Shown here piece by piece: positions 8,696 to 18,534 of a stretch of 64,000 nt of DNA (position 1 is the stretch's first letter; each line of letters begins with the position of its first letter). The notes under the pieces are model-generated. The model did no database searches. It had not been told where the DNA came from and saw only the letters and a list, made by a program, of their open reading frames with translations. The stretch is from a virus. Position numbers and translations under genes: made by a program. The stretch lies in IMG/VR virus record IMGVR_UViG_3300025684_000010. One strand, given 5' to 3'.

Positions 8696-10123
8696 ATGAA
8701 GAGTTTCAATTCATATATAAAAGAAGCTAGTTTCTTAAAGCCTGACTACGTTATAGGACACAAAGTCGCTTTTAACGGAAAAGGCTTTAGGGAATTAGAT
8801 GCTTTAGGTTATAAACCCGGTGATCACTTTGAGATTATAGCACCAACCAAAGCTGACTATACTTATGGTGATGGTCCTGCAGAAAAGTATCTAAAAGCAC
8901 CAAACGGTAAAGTGATACATATGAAAGGAGCAACCGGTTTTAAATCGAGTTCCTTTACTCATGTTAAAGCTTCAGGTTCTCCACCAACAGGCGCGGAATG
9001 GGAAGATGTTATTGTTTACGCTTACAATAAACTCAACGGTAAATCAACAGACCCAGCAACAGTTGAAGTAGCAGAAAAGTTTAGTGACTATGCAGATGTT
9101 GCTAATAAAATCGCAACCAACTTCAATAACCAATTAAAAGCAAACCAGTTAGTGCAAACTGGTCGCGGCATGGGAGCTATTAGTTTAGGACCTATATGGA
9201 AAGAATCAGGTGCTAAGAACAAAACACCAAAGACTGATATTGCCTCCGCTGATTTCAAAGAAAAGATATCATTAAAGAAAGCAGGCGGATCTCAGCTTGC
9301 CTCACCAACCAAAGCAGAAGCTATCGCAATCGTTAAAGCAGCAATGTCGGAAATGGGCGAAGACAGAGCAATGGCAGCTAAACTTGTTAGTACAATGGAA
9401 ACTAATATGTCATCTCTAATATCGAGAGAGGCTGCTGGTGATTTGCGTAAACAATCAAAAGCTGGTGTAAAGACTGACGCAGTGATTGATTTTCAAGCAA
9501 AGGATAAAGGTAATAAAGAATTAACTAAAATGCTCGAAGGCCTTATTAATCAAGATACAGCAGTCAATGCTTTATTTAGTAAACATATTGTACTTGAGGC
9601 AGCAACCGGTAATCATAAGTTTGGTGGTGCAGGTTCTCCTGCCGCAGCTAACCTATTAGGTAAGTTCAGTCTAACAGGTGCTATTGAAGTTCAGCCTATC
9701 AATAGTATTAATGATCCTGTTATTGTTAAATATGCACAAACAGTCAAACCTGTCGTTTCATTTAAATCAGGTGGCGGGGGTGCTCCTGCCTATTCAGCAT
9801 TGCGTTTAGGTATTAAAGAATCAGAAACACTAAGAGGTATTGTGTTATCTGAAATGGAACAACTCGACGGTTTAATGTTAACCGAAGACTTTATTTCAGA
9901 AGGACCACTTGATATGTTAAAGAAAGCAGGTGATTGGGCAAAGGAAAAAGGTCAGGCGTTTGTAAATAAAGTTAAAGCCGCAGTTGCCAACGTTCTTGCT
10001 AAGATGAAAGCAATACTAACAAAGATCGCAAAGATGGGAAAGAAAATGTTTGCGAGTTTAATGAAGTTCTTCGGAGTAGAAGTAAGTTCAGCAACAGGCA
10101 TACCAGGAAATATTTCTTTATGA
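8696..10123 (+). CDS. Probable head-internal protein; possible PD-(D/E)XK-like nuclease domain
   Basis: CTS-like MKSFNSYIKE; TPKTDI...ISLKKAGGSQ motif. Confidence 0.55.
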   Translation: MKSFNSYIKEASFLKPDYVIGHKVAFNGKGFRELDALGYKPGDHFEIIAPTKADYTYGDGPAEKYLKAPNGKVIHMKGATGFKSSSFTHVKASGSPPTGAEWEDVIVYAYNKLNGKSTDPATVEVAEKFSDYADVANKIATNFNNQLKANQLVQTGRGMGAISLGPIWKESGAKNKTPKTDIASADFKEKISLKKAGGSQLASPTKAEAIAIVKAAMSEMGEDRAMAAKLVSTMETNMSSLISREAAGDLRKQSKAGVKTDAVIDFQAKDKGNKELTKMLEGLINQDTAVNALFSKHIVLEAATGNHKFGGAGSPAAANLLGKFSLTGAIEVQPINSINDPVIVKYAQTVKPVVSFKSGGGGAPAYSALRLGIKESETLRGIVLSEMEQLDGLMLTEDFISEGPLDMLKKAGDWAKEKGQAFVNKVKAAVANVLAKMKAILTKIAKMGKKMFASLMKFFGVEVSSATGIPGNISL

Positions 10124-10977
10124 AGGATTTTAAAACATTTGTTGACGAAGGTGCAAACGATCCTGCGATATTCAAAGCAATCTTTTTGGCAGGTGGCCCT
10201 GGCTCAGGTAAATCATATGTCGTTGGAAAAACTGCATTACCTATTCTTGGGTTCAAAGTTGTGAATTCAGATGATGCATTTGAAGCAGCAATGAATAAAG
10301 CTGGTTTAACAATGGATGCTGATACTATCTTTTCAACTCAAGGACAAGAGATTCGAGATAAAGCAAAGAAAGTAACAGACATGAGGATGACTGGTTATTT
10401 ACGTGGTCGTTTAGGATTAGTTATTGATGGAACAGGTAAGAACGCTGCTAAGATTCAAAAACAAGCAAAAGAGTTAAGAAGCTTGGGATATGATGTAGGG
10501 ATGATATATGTTAATACGGATTTAGATACTGCGATTGCTCGTAACGATGCAAGGCCAAGATCACTACCTATTCAACAAGTTACCGCATTATGGAAAGATG
10601 TTCAAAAGAACATTGGCGGATATCAGAAAATGTTTGGTCGTGACTTTATTATTATTGATAATTCAGAAGGCGCAAGTATCGAATCTAATATTACAGATGG
10701 TTATAAGTGGGCAACTAAATTTTCTAAGTCTGCTATTGAAAATCCTAAAGCAAAGAAATGGATTCAGTCTTACACAGAAGAATACCTGCCTGAAGCTGAT
10801 CTTGCTATGGCCTATGATGGCGTTATTGATTTAATACTTAAAGATCTTAAGAATAGGTTATCGCAAGATGTACGACGCAAAGACGTTAAGCTAGTTAACA
10901 ATATAGCAGGAATTGTAAAAAAGAAAGTAGAATTAGATTTTAAACATAAAGGTTACCTGAGGTTGAAAGACAAATGA
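10120..10977 (+). CDS. P-loop kinase (Pnk/zeta-toxin/AAA_33-like) with CTS-like N-terminus
   Basis: GGPGSGKS, NSDD, VIDGTG, ARNDARPR lid; MKDFKTFVDE. Confidence 0.75.
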   Translation: MKDFKTFVDEGANDPAIFKAIFLAGGPGSGKSYVVGKTALPILGFKVVNSDDAFEAAMNKAGLTMDADTIFSTQGQEIRDKAKKVTDMRMTGYLRGRLGLVIDGTGKNAAKIQKQAKELRSLGYDVGMIYVNTDLDTAIARNDARPRSLPIQQVTALWKDVQKNIGGYQKMFGRDFIIIDNSEGASIESNITDGYKWATKFSKSAIENPKAKKWIQSYTEEYLPEADLAMAYDGVIDLILKDLKNRLSQDVRRKDVKLVNNIAGIVKKKVELDFKHKGYLRLKDK

Positions 10978-12209
10978 AATCGTATAACCAATACCTTGCG
11001 GAAGCGGACGCAAACCTGCACATGACGCATCTTGAGGACGCTGTTCTCGATGGCGGTGTAAAAGGAACAAGAAACGTAATTAATTATATTCGTAATATTC
11101 GCGATATGCTATCAGGTAATACTAAGGCTCCTGTTAATATTACAACAAAGTGGGACGGAGCTCCTGCGATTTTTGCTGGTGTTGATCCTGCCGATGGTAA
11201 GTTCTTCGTAGCAAAGAAAGGAGTATTCAATAAAACTCCAAAGCTATATAAAACAGAAGCAGAAATAGATAATGATCTGAGCGGTGAACTCAATAGCAAA
11301 TTTAAAGTTGCTTTGAAAGAATTCGCTAAACTCGGAATAAGTGGAGTAGTACAAGGTGATTTCTTATATACGGATGACGATCTTAAAACGGAAGATATTG
11401 ATGGAGAATCGTGTGTTACTTTCCATCCTAATACCATTGTTTACGCGGTACCTAAAGCATCAGGACTCGGTAAGACAATTTCAGGATCAAAGATTGGTGT
11501 GGTCTGGCACACAACATACGCAGGATCAACTCTTGAAACAATGTCTGCAAGTTTTGGTATTGCGATCTCAACAAAACTTAACAAGGTTAAATCGGTCTGG
11601 CACGTAGACGCAACGTTTGAAGATAAGTCAGGTACAGCAACATTTACCGACGCAGAGAACAAAGCCCTAACTGCTCAGTTAAGTCAAGCAGGAGCATTGT
11701 TTAGAACAATAGATGCTAAGGTTCTAGGCGAACTCGGAACAAACGCAGATTTAAATCAAAAGGTAAATACTTTTATTAATACAAAGGTACGCGATGGTCA
11801 ACGTATTGGCGCGGTCAAACCTTTCGTTAAAGATTTACAAAAATACATACAAGAATATTATAAGAAAGAAGCAGATAAGCGTAAGACTCCTGCTGGCAAG
11901 AAAACTCAAATGGATAAAGCAACGTTAGCATTACAAATCTTTGCGGCTCCAGGTAATACGAAAAAACTCGAAGCTATATTTACTCTATATGATTTGATGG
12001 TCGATATGAAATATGTTATCATAGACAAATTAAATAAAGTTGGTGGTATTAAAACACTACTCAAAACAGCAAAAGGATTCGAAGTAACGGGTCAAGAAGG
12101 ATTTGTTGCGATTGACCATTATGGAAAGAATGCATTGAAGATTGTGGATCGTATGGGATTCAGTCTTGCTAACTTCTCAGATCAATATATCAAAGGTTGG
12201 CAGAAATAA
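10974..12209 (+). CDS. Conserved myophage protein with ligase/nucleotidyltransferase-like motifs and CTS-like N-terminus
   Basis: TTKWDGAP, VQGDFLY, QEGFVAID, LKIVDR; MKSYNQYLAE. Confidence 0.6.
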   Translation: MKSYNQYLAEADANLHMTHLEDAVLDGGVKGTRNVINYIRNIRDMLSGNTKAPVNITTKWDGAPAIFAGVDPADGKFFVAKKGVFNKTPKLYKTEAEIDNDLSGELNSKFKVALKEFAKLGISGVVQGDFLYTDDDLKTEDIDGESCVTFHPNTIVYAVPKASGLGKTISGSKIGVVWHTTYAGSTLETMSASFGIAISTKLNKVKSVWHVDATFEDKSGTATFTDAENKALTAQLSQAGALFRTIDAKVLGELGTNADLNQKVNTFINTKVRDGQRIGAVKPFVKDLQKYIQEYYKKEADKRKTPAGKKTQMDKATLALQIFAAPGNTKKLEAIFTLYDLMVDMKYVIIDKLNKVGGIKTLLKTAKGFEVTGQEGFVAIDHYGKNALKIVDRMGFSLANFSDQYIKGWQK

Positions 12210-12212
12210 GTA

Positions 12213-12241
12213 TTGACATTGCGTCTTAATTTTGTTATAAT
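12213..12241 (+). promoter_or_regulatory. sigma70 promoter for kinase/glyco cassette
   Basis: TTGACA-17-TATAAT. Confidence 0.85.
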
Positions 12242-12274
12242 ATAACTTCTATAATATGAATAAGGTGATCCTTA

Positions 12275-12814
12275 ATGAAAGACGTGACAGTCATAAACTT
12301 CTACGGCGGACCAGGCTCAGGTAAATCTACCGCTGCGGCCGGTTTATTCTATCAAATGAAAATCGCAGGCTATAATGTCGAACTGACAGATGAGTTTGCT
12401 AAAGAGTGCGTATGGGAAGGTAACATACCAATGTTGGCAGATCAACTTTGGGTACTCGGTCATCAACACAGAAAAATATTACGATTATCCGATAAGGTAG
12501 ATTATATCATTACCGATAGTCCTGTACTCTTAAGTCCAATATATCGTGAACGTTACGGCAAGGCAATCTATTCAGATCTAATTGACCAAATGGCATTTGA
12601 ATGTTATAAGCTATATAATCACAATATCAATTTTATGTTAACAAGACCTGAAGGTTTTGACCAACAAGGTAGAGCACAGGATATAGATGAGTGTATTTTA
12701 ATTGATGAAGCAATCATGGAACAATTTGACCGACTTGATATTGGATATATAAATTTAGATTCTAACGACAACGCATCGGCTGCAATGAGATATATTAAGA
12801 GACTATGGACATAA
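12275..12814 (+). CDS. NadR-type/AAA_28 P-loop kinase
   Basis: INFYGGPGSGKST, EFAKECVWE, IITDSP. Confidence 0.7.
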   Translation: MKDVTVINFYGGPGSGKSTAAAGLFYQMKIAGYNVELTDEFAKECVWEGNIPMLADQLWVLGHQHRKILRLSDKVDYIITDSPVLLSPIYRERYGKAIYSDLIDQMAFECYKLYNHNINFMLTRPEGFDQQGRAQDIDECILIDEAIMEQFDRLDIGYINLDSNDNASAAMRYIKRLWT

Positions 12815-13479
12815 GTATTGAAAAGAAGATGACCCACATTTGGATAGGACCTAATCCTGCTCCATTGAAGTGGATGAATACTTGGCCAGAGAAAATGCCT
12901 GACTGGGAGTATTCAGTATTCACAGACGATATGTTACATAAACGCAAATGGTATAACCAACATTTAATTGAAGAGTATTATAGACAAAAGTGTTGGGCAG
13001 GAGTTGCTGATTTAATTCGTTATGAGTTAATATACGAGAGAGGTGGCTTTTGGCCTGAAGCAGATTCAGAATGTTATCACGACGTTAGTGAACTATTCGT
13101 TGAAGATCCAAACTTAGCATATACTGTATTTGAAAAGGAAGATGTAATACCGAGATCTATATCTCCAATCATGGCAGCAAACCCAGGCAATAAATTCCTT
13201 GATGTTATATTGAGAAAACTCCATACATTAAGACCTGGTGATTTAGATCCAAAGCCACACGAATCAACAGGAAACTTCTTCTTAGCAAGATTACTTGATG
13301 GCACTCGTCACTTACTACATATCTTTCCTTCTTACACATTTATACCTCAATGGTTTCGTCCTGGGTATCCAAGGTATGATGGGCCAGGTAAAATATACGC
13401 AGAACAACATTGGGGTTCAACTGCAACTGATTTAGGTCTCCCAGACACAACAAAACAATATAATGAAGGCATAGAGTGA
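12805..13479 (+). CDS. GT32/OCH1-like glycosyltransferase
   Basis: HIWIG, ADLIRYELIYERGG(FWPEAD), MAANPGNKFL. Confidence 0.75.
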   Translation: MDISIEKKMTHIWIGPNPAPLKWMNTWPEKMPDWEYSVFTDDMLHKRKWYNQHLIEEYYRQKCWAGVADLIRYELIYERGGFWPEADSECYHDVSELFVEDPNLAYTVFEKEDVIPRSISPIMAANPGNKFLDVILRKLHTLRPGDLDPKPHESTGNFFLARLLDGTRHLLHIFPSYTFIPQWFRPGYPRYDGPGKIYAEQHWGSTATDLGLPDTTKQYNEGIE

Positions 13480-14144
13480 TTCACGTAGAAATATTAGGCT
13501 TAGGACATCCAAGGACAGGAACTGGTTATACAAGTAAAGTATTATCAGATTGGGGTTTCGATGTTGGCCATGAAGTAATGGGTAAGCAAGGTATTGTATC
13601 TTGGTTATTAGTTAAACCAAAAGGACCCTATTTGTGGCAGAAGGGATTTGATAGAAGACCAACATATGACCATTTAGTATATAATACACGAGACCCAAAA
13701 ACCTCTCTTGCTTCAATTGTATATACTGAAACACCACCCTGTGATAAAGATGGAACTAGTTGGTGTGGTACAAAGTATTACCAAAACTTCAACTATTCAA
13801 ATTTTGATTACGACTCGACATACTTTCGTAAACAATTTATTGGATTAAATAGTGACAACCCAATAGAAAACGCAATTGATAGTATATGTCAGTTCCATGA
13901 AATGATTCTACGCTGTCGCCCAAATGTACAATATAGAATTGAGAACGAAGAACAGAAATTATTTAATTACTTTAAATCTTTCTATCCAAGCATTGAATAT
14001 ATAGAACACCCAAATAAAGAAAACACTCGAAAGCATAAATCGTTTGAACAGATGGCAGAGGAATTTCCAACACCATCTAAACAACACATAGACAGAATTA
14101 ACCATTACGCAATGGCGTGTGGGTATGATAAGGTAGAATTTTGA
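13476..14144 (+). CDS. Sulfotransferase-like protein
   Basis: GHPRTGTGY PAPS-binding loop, RDP..SLAS, YRIE. Confidence 0.6.
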   Translation: MIHVEILGLGHPRTGTGYTSKVLSDWGFDVGHEVMGKQGIVSWLLVKPKGPYLWQKGFDRRPTYDHLVYNTRDPKTSLASIVYTETPPCDKDGTSWCGTKYYQNFNYSNFDYDSTYFRKQFIGLNSDNPIENAIDSICQFHEMILRCRPNVQYRIENEEQKLFNYFKSFYPSIEYIEHPNKENTRKHKSFEQMAEEFPTPSKQHIDRINHYAMACGYDKVEF

Positions 14145-14824
14145 AAGCTTATATATTAACACATGACCATCCAACATCTCGAGAATACGCAAAGACTTGT
14201 TCTGATTCTTGCGATCTTGTTGGTTTAGATTGGGAGTACTTTGAAGGTTGGTCTCATTGTACTGGTCGTATGGCGTGGTGTGAAACCGGAATCAAAATGA
14301 AATTCCACGAACCTATGCTTTACGTTCCTGAACCAAACATGCATCACAAAGCAAACACATGTTCTGCAGGTCACGCTGCTATTTGGAAAAAGATCGCCGA
14401 AGGTGAAGATAACGTTGGTATTGTATTAGAACACGATGCTATTATGTATTATAAACCAGACATCAAAATACCGGATAACTATTTAATTACGTTAGGATAT
14501 AAATTATCAGAATTACGTTATGATTATAAAGAAGGTAATAAACAACCACGGAAATTGATTAATATAGATGGTCATGAAGGTGCCCATGCTTATATGATGA
14601 CAAAAAGAACAGCCCAAAACTTAATTCACGAAATAGAAGAGCAAGGTATATTAGGAGCAGTTGATAACGCATACTTTATTCGTGGACAGAGAAGAACCAA
14701 GATACCACTTGTGATTATGTCTCCAACCCCTGCTGTAGGATATTTAAGAGATTCTACGATATGGGATGAGTCAGCGCACGTTAACTACGAATTTATAGAC
14801 AGCTTCGCTAATTATTATAAATAA
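14141..14824 (+). CDS. GT25-like glycosyltransferase
   Basis: CSAGHAAIWKKI, IVLEHDA, GAHAYMMT, VDNA. Confidence 0.7.
   Translation: MKAYILTHDHPTSREYAKTCSDSCDLVGLDWEYFEGWSHCTGRMAWCETGIKMKFHEPMLYVPEPNMHHKANTCSAGHAAIWKKIAEGEDNVGIVLEHDAIMYYKPDIKIPDNYLITLGYKLSELRYDYKEGNKQPRKLINIDGHEGAHAYMMTKRTAQNLIHEIEEQGILGAVDNAYFIRGQRRTKIPLVIMSPTPAVGYLRDSTIWDESAHVNYEFIDSFANYYK
14816..14823 (+). promoter_or_regulatory. T4-type late promoter
   Basis: TATAAATA. Confidence 0.65.
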
Positions 14825-14859
14825 AAACATTAGCAAACTAAAAATTAGGAAATACTTAC

Positions 14860-16635
14860 ATGGATCGCTTAAACGAAGCAGATGATACATCGATTGCGGC
14901 TGGATCTGTAAAGGATTACACAGATACCGACAAAATAAAAGATTCTTCTAATAAAGATATCAAGAAGCGTAAAGATAAGAAAAAAGATCAAGACGAAAAC
15001 GATATCATTCAGAAAGATACCAAACGTACTTTTGATGCAACAAAGTATATTGATACTGAACCGCGCATTAACGAAGCTGTTACAGCAACAGCAGTTGCCA
15101 CATTTGGTCGTATGAATCCGCCAACAGTCGGTCATGAAAAATTAGTTAATGCGATTATCAAAAAAGCAATCTCGGTTAAAGGTACTCCATTAGTATACCT
15201 ATCAAAAACGCAAGATGCCAAAAAGAATCCATTATCGTATGATGATAAGATTAAGTTTGGTCAAGCTCTATTCGGTAAAAGGATGATTGTTAAATCAAAC
15301 GCAAAAACAATTATACAAGTTGCACAAGAATTACAAAAGAAAGGCTATAAGGATTTAGTTTTAGTTGTTGGTTCAGATAGAGTTAAAGAATTTGATACAT
15401 TGCTAAACAAATATAACGGTAAAGATTATACGTTTGATAGTATTGAAGTTGTTTCTGCTGGTGAACGTGATCCTGACTCTGATGGTGTTGATGGAATGTC
15501 AGCAAGCAAGATGAGAGCATTGGCAGCAGATGGTAATTTTGACGAATTCGTTAAAGGAATTCCAACAAGAAACGATAAAATAAGGTTAGACTTATATACA
15601 GCGGTTCGTGATGGATTGGGTATTAACGAACAAACCAATTTTGCGGTAAGTCAGTTTCTTGCAGAAAGAGTTAAGGCAGGTAAGGTTGATCCTTTATCAG
15701 CAATGGGTAAACAAAAACTAACAGGCGCTGAAGTTGCCAGTTATTATAAATCAAACCCAACTGCAAAATCTGCGGCTAATCGAGACAAGAATGTTAAATT
15801 AGCAATTGAACTTGCGTTGGATTTATCAGGTAATATGAATTACGCAGTTAAAGAAATTGATAAACTCAAACGCAATCTATCAAAACATCCTGAAGTTCAA
15901 AAGGCTTTAAGATCTGCAAATGAATCCTCCAACATTGACTTATATCGAGCAGCTTCTATTCAAGAAAGAATGCAGAAAGAAGCCGATAAAGAATCCAAAC
16001 AACAAAAACAACAACCTGGGTATTATAAAGATCTAGGTGGTTCTACTAAAGATAAACGTCAAGCACATTTCAATAAAAAGTCAAAGATGGACGACGACAA
16101 TCCTGATGCTTATGATAAGGCACCTGGTGATGCAGAAGCTAAAACAAAACCATCTAAGCATTCAAACAAGTTTAAGAAAATGTTTGGCGAAGCAGTAGAT
16201 CGTAATATGGAACGTGCAGGTTTAAAAAGACCACATCAACTATTAAGACAAGACAACACTGTTAACTTCGATTATAGATTCAAGATGTATCGTTCTGCCA
16301 AAGAAGCAGAAGCATTAGAGAAACAACGAGCAGTGATTGAATCAGAGATTACAGACCAAAGAATAGACGAGTTAGAACAGTTGATTGAACAAGTAGAATT
16401 CGTATCAGAAAAATCAAACCCTGAAAAATCATTAAAGGATAAAGCTGAGAAATCAGGAATGCCTTATGGTATATTAAAGAAAGTATTTGATAGAGGTGTT
16501 GCTGCTTGGAGAACAGGCCATCGTCCTGGTACAACTCCAGTACAATGGGGATTGGCAAGAGTAAATAGTTTTGCTACAAAATCACCAGGTACATGGGGTA
16601 AAGCTGATAAAGATTTGGCCGACAAAGTTAAATAA
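14860..16635 (+). CDS. HxGH cytidylyltransferase-family domain fused to several small virion-type modules
   Basis: TFGRMNPPTVGH, VVGSDR, SAGERDPD, MSASKMR; C-terminal GILKKVFDRGVAAWRTGHRPGTTPVQWGLARVNSF module. Confidence 0.8.
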   Translation: MDRLNEADDTSIAAGSVKDYTDTDKIKDSSNKDIKKRKDKKKDQDENDIIQKDTKRTFDATKYIDTEPRINEAVTATAVATFGRMNPPTVGHEKLVNAIIKKAISVKGTPLVYLSKTQDAKKNPLSYDDKIKFGQALFGKRMIVKSNAKTIIQVAQELQKKGYKDLVLVVGSDRVKEFDTLLNKYNGKDYTFDSIEVVSAGERDPDSDGVDGMSASKMRALAADGNFDEFVKGIPTRNDKIRLDLYTAVRDGLGINEQTNFAVSQFLAERVKAGKVDPLSAMGKQKLTGAEVASYYKSNPTAKSAANRDKNVKLAIELALDLSGNMNYAVKEIDKLKRNLSKHPEVQKALRSANESSNIDLYRAASIQERMQKEADKESKQQKQQPGYYKDLGGSTKDKRQAHFNKKSKMDDDNPDAYDKAPGDAEAKTKPSKHSNKFKKMFGEAVDRNMERAGLKRPHQLLRQDNTVNFDYRFKMYRSAKEAEALEKQRAVIESEITDQRIDELEQLIEQVEFVSEKSNPEKSLKDKAEKSGMPYGILKKVFDRGVAAWRTGHRPGTTPVQWGLARVNSFATKSPGTWGKADKDLADKVK

Positions 16636-16793
16636 TGGATCGTATAAATAATATTAAAGAAGCCGGCGGAGCTGGTGATTGGGGAACCGATAAAGCTCGA
16701 GCAAGACTTCAAAAAGATACGCCTGGTCAAGAGATCGCGCGCAAAAAGAAATTAAAAACTTTTAAAGAATTTAAGGACCAGGAAACCAAATGA
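16635..16793 (+). CDS. 52-aa virion-type small protein (not in ORF track)
   Basis: TAATG coupling; MDRINNIKEAGGAGDWGTDKARARLQKDTPGQEIARKKKLKTFKEFKDQETK; overlaps next start. Confidence 0.7.
   Translation: MDRINNIKEAGGAGDWGTDKARARLQKDTPGQEIARKKKLKTFKEFKDQETK
16643..16650 (+). promoter_or_regulatory. T4-type late promoter (inside small ORF)
   Basis: TATAAATA. Confidence 0.5.
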
Positions 16794-17521
16794 AAAATTT
16801 TAGACAAGTATTGGAAGGCGTTGATGTAATCAGCGAGAACCTTTCTAAATCATCAAAGGAGTTGGCAAAAGAAATTGATACTGCTGCCAAGAAAGAATCA
16901 GGTGCAGATAAGGCAGATTATCAAACTGTTGCTAAACTTATATCCCAAAACAAACTTGACGACGCTAAAAAGATTATTGCTAAATTAGACACCGTCGTAC
17001 TTGAAGATTTGATTACCTTTATAATGGGCCATGAGGATGTATTCAAAGCAATGTATCCTAGAGCTCGTCCTGGTCAATACGCCGCTTCATTCGCAAGAAA
17101 GGAAAGTGTTGAGGAAGGTAAATTACCACCTGCTCTTCAAGCCTATCAAGATAAGAAGAATGGCAAGAAGCCTCAGGATGATGTTGAAGAAGCAATGTCA
17201 CCAGCTGATAAGGCAAAACGTCTTAAGATGATTAGGCAAGCTGTTGAAAAGATGAATAAGTCTAATATGGAAAGAGCAAAGAAAGATGCTCTCAAGATGA
17301 TGAAAGATTCTGGTATGTTTGACGAAGAACTTGAAGAAGCCGCACCTAAAATGAAGAAGCTTGGTTTCTACGGATCTGAGATCGGTGGTCTTAGACAAGG
17401 CAACAAATATTATTCAGCAAAACCTGTAGAAGTTCAAGGTAAAGTTGGATTCAGAGTAACCGATGAGTTTGGTGGTTTTGAAACAATTGATCTCAAAACA
17501 TTTGCGAAGAGATTCGGATAA
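16790..17521 (+). CDS. Hypothetical modular head-internal protein
   Basis: MKNFRQVLE N-terminus; repeated VEE/LEE junctions. Confidence 0.6.
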   Translation: MKNFRQVLEGVDVISENLSKSSKELAKEIDTAAKKESGADKADYQTVAKLISQNKLDDAKKIIAKLDTVVLEDLITFIMGHEDVFKAMYPRARPGQYAASFARKESVEEGKLPPALQAYQDKKNGKKPQDDVEEAMSPADKAKRLKMIRQAVEKMNKSNMERAKKDALKMMKDSGMFDEELEEAAPKMKKLGFYGSEIGGLRQGNKYYSAKPVEVQGKVGFRVTDEFGGFETIDLKTFAKRFG

Positions 17522-17997
17522 TGTCAAAATTATTTGAAGCAATGGCCGAGATCAAGTTAACTACTGAAAACATTCAGAAAGTTATTAAAATGTTTCCAAG
17601 AGATAACGATTGGAAGAACCTGATAACCAAACATCGTAGAGATATTGATGCTCTTCGAAGAGGTAAAGATTTACCAAAGAAAGTCGAAGACGAACTAATG
17701 CAATGGGCATTGGACAACGGCGAAATCAAAACTGACGACGTCGAAGAATTAGAAGATTTCATTGATAGTATTATGAATGAAGGTACCGATAAACAGATTG
17801 CTGAAGGTTTACCAAATCAAAAACAATTAGAAAAAGATATCATGGACTTTATGAAAGATGGTCGTTCTGATGGTATTACTGGTTTGATGGGTGTCTCTAA
17901 AAGTTTAGAACAGAAATATAAAGTTGGTCCTGCAGTCGCAAGAACAGCAGTTAAAAAATTATTAAGTGATATCGTCAACGGAACATACAAAGGTTAA
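17521..17997 (+). CDS. Hypothetical modular protein
   Basis: Coupled ORF; MSKLFEAMAE, IMNEG, IAEG junctions. Confidence 0.6.
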   Translation: MSKLFEAMAEIKLTTENIQKVIKMFPRDNDWKNLITKHRRDIDALRRGKDLPKKVEDELMQWALDNGEIKTDDVEELEDFIDSIMNEGTDKQIAEGLPNQKQLEKDIMDFMKDGRSDGITGLMGVSKSLEQKYKVGPAVARTAVKKLLSDIVNGTYKG

Positions 17998-17999
17998 TT

Positions 18000-18533
18000 A
18001 TGTTATCTTATAACCAATTCGTCACTGAAAAGTGCTGGGACGGATACAAACAAGTTGGAATGAAAAAGAAGAACGGCAAAGACGTTCCAAATTGTGTACC
18101 CGAATCCAAGGAGTTGGAAGAATTGACTACTTCACAGTTAATTAAGAAGTTAGCAGCTGATACGATATTCAAAAAGAAATACGGCCAAGCGGTCGCCAAA
18201 GTAAAAGAAATCATGTTTAAACATGGTGACAAACCTCGACATGGTAAAGAATATTACGCAGGCAAGATTGCGAATCAGTTTGGTCTTGATCCTCACGTCC
18301 TTGCTATAATGATTGATGAACAGTTATCAGAAGGTTCAGAATCATGGGATGACGGATATAAACGCCGAGTTGTTAAAACAACAAAACCAGAACACAAAGA
18401 ACAAGGTTATAATTGGCGCATCAAAGGCAAAGATAAAGATAACCTATCAATCAAACTATATAAAACTAAACCAGATCAAGCAGAATTTGAAAAACAAATG
18501 AAGCGGGTCGCTGGACATGAATTCGGAGGATAA
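18000..18533 (+). CDS. Hypothetical head-internal protein
   Basis: MLSYNQFVTE then KCWDGYKQVGMKKKNGKDVPNCVPE module. Confidence 0.65.
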   Translation: MLSYNQFVTEKCWDGYKQVGMKKKNGKDVPNCVPESKELEELTTSQLIKKLAADTIFKKKYGQAVAKVKEIMFKHGDKPRHGKEYYAGKIANQFGLDPHVLAIMIDEQLSEGSESWDDGYKRRVVKTTKPEHKEQGYNWRIKGKDKDNLSIKLYKTKPDQAEFEKQMKRVAGHEFGG

Positions 18534-18534
18534 A

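Noticed and set aside
10120-10977. Zeta toxin of a toxin-antitoxin pair
   Set aside because: No epsilon-like small upstream partner; context is late CTS-bearing genes
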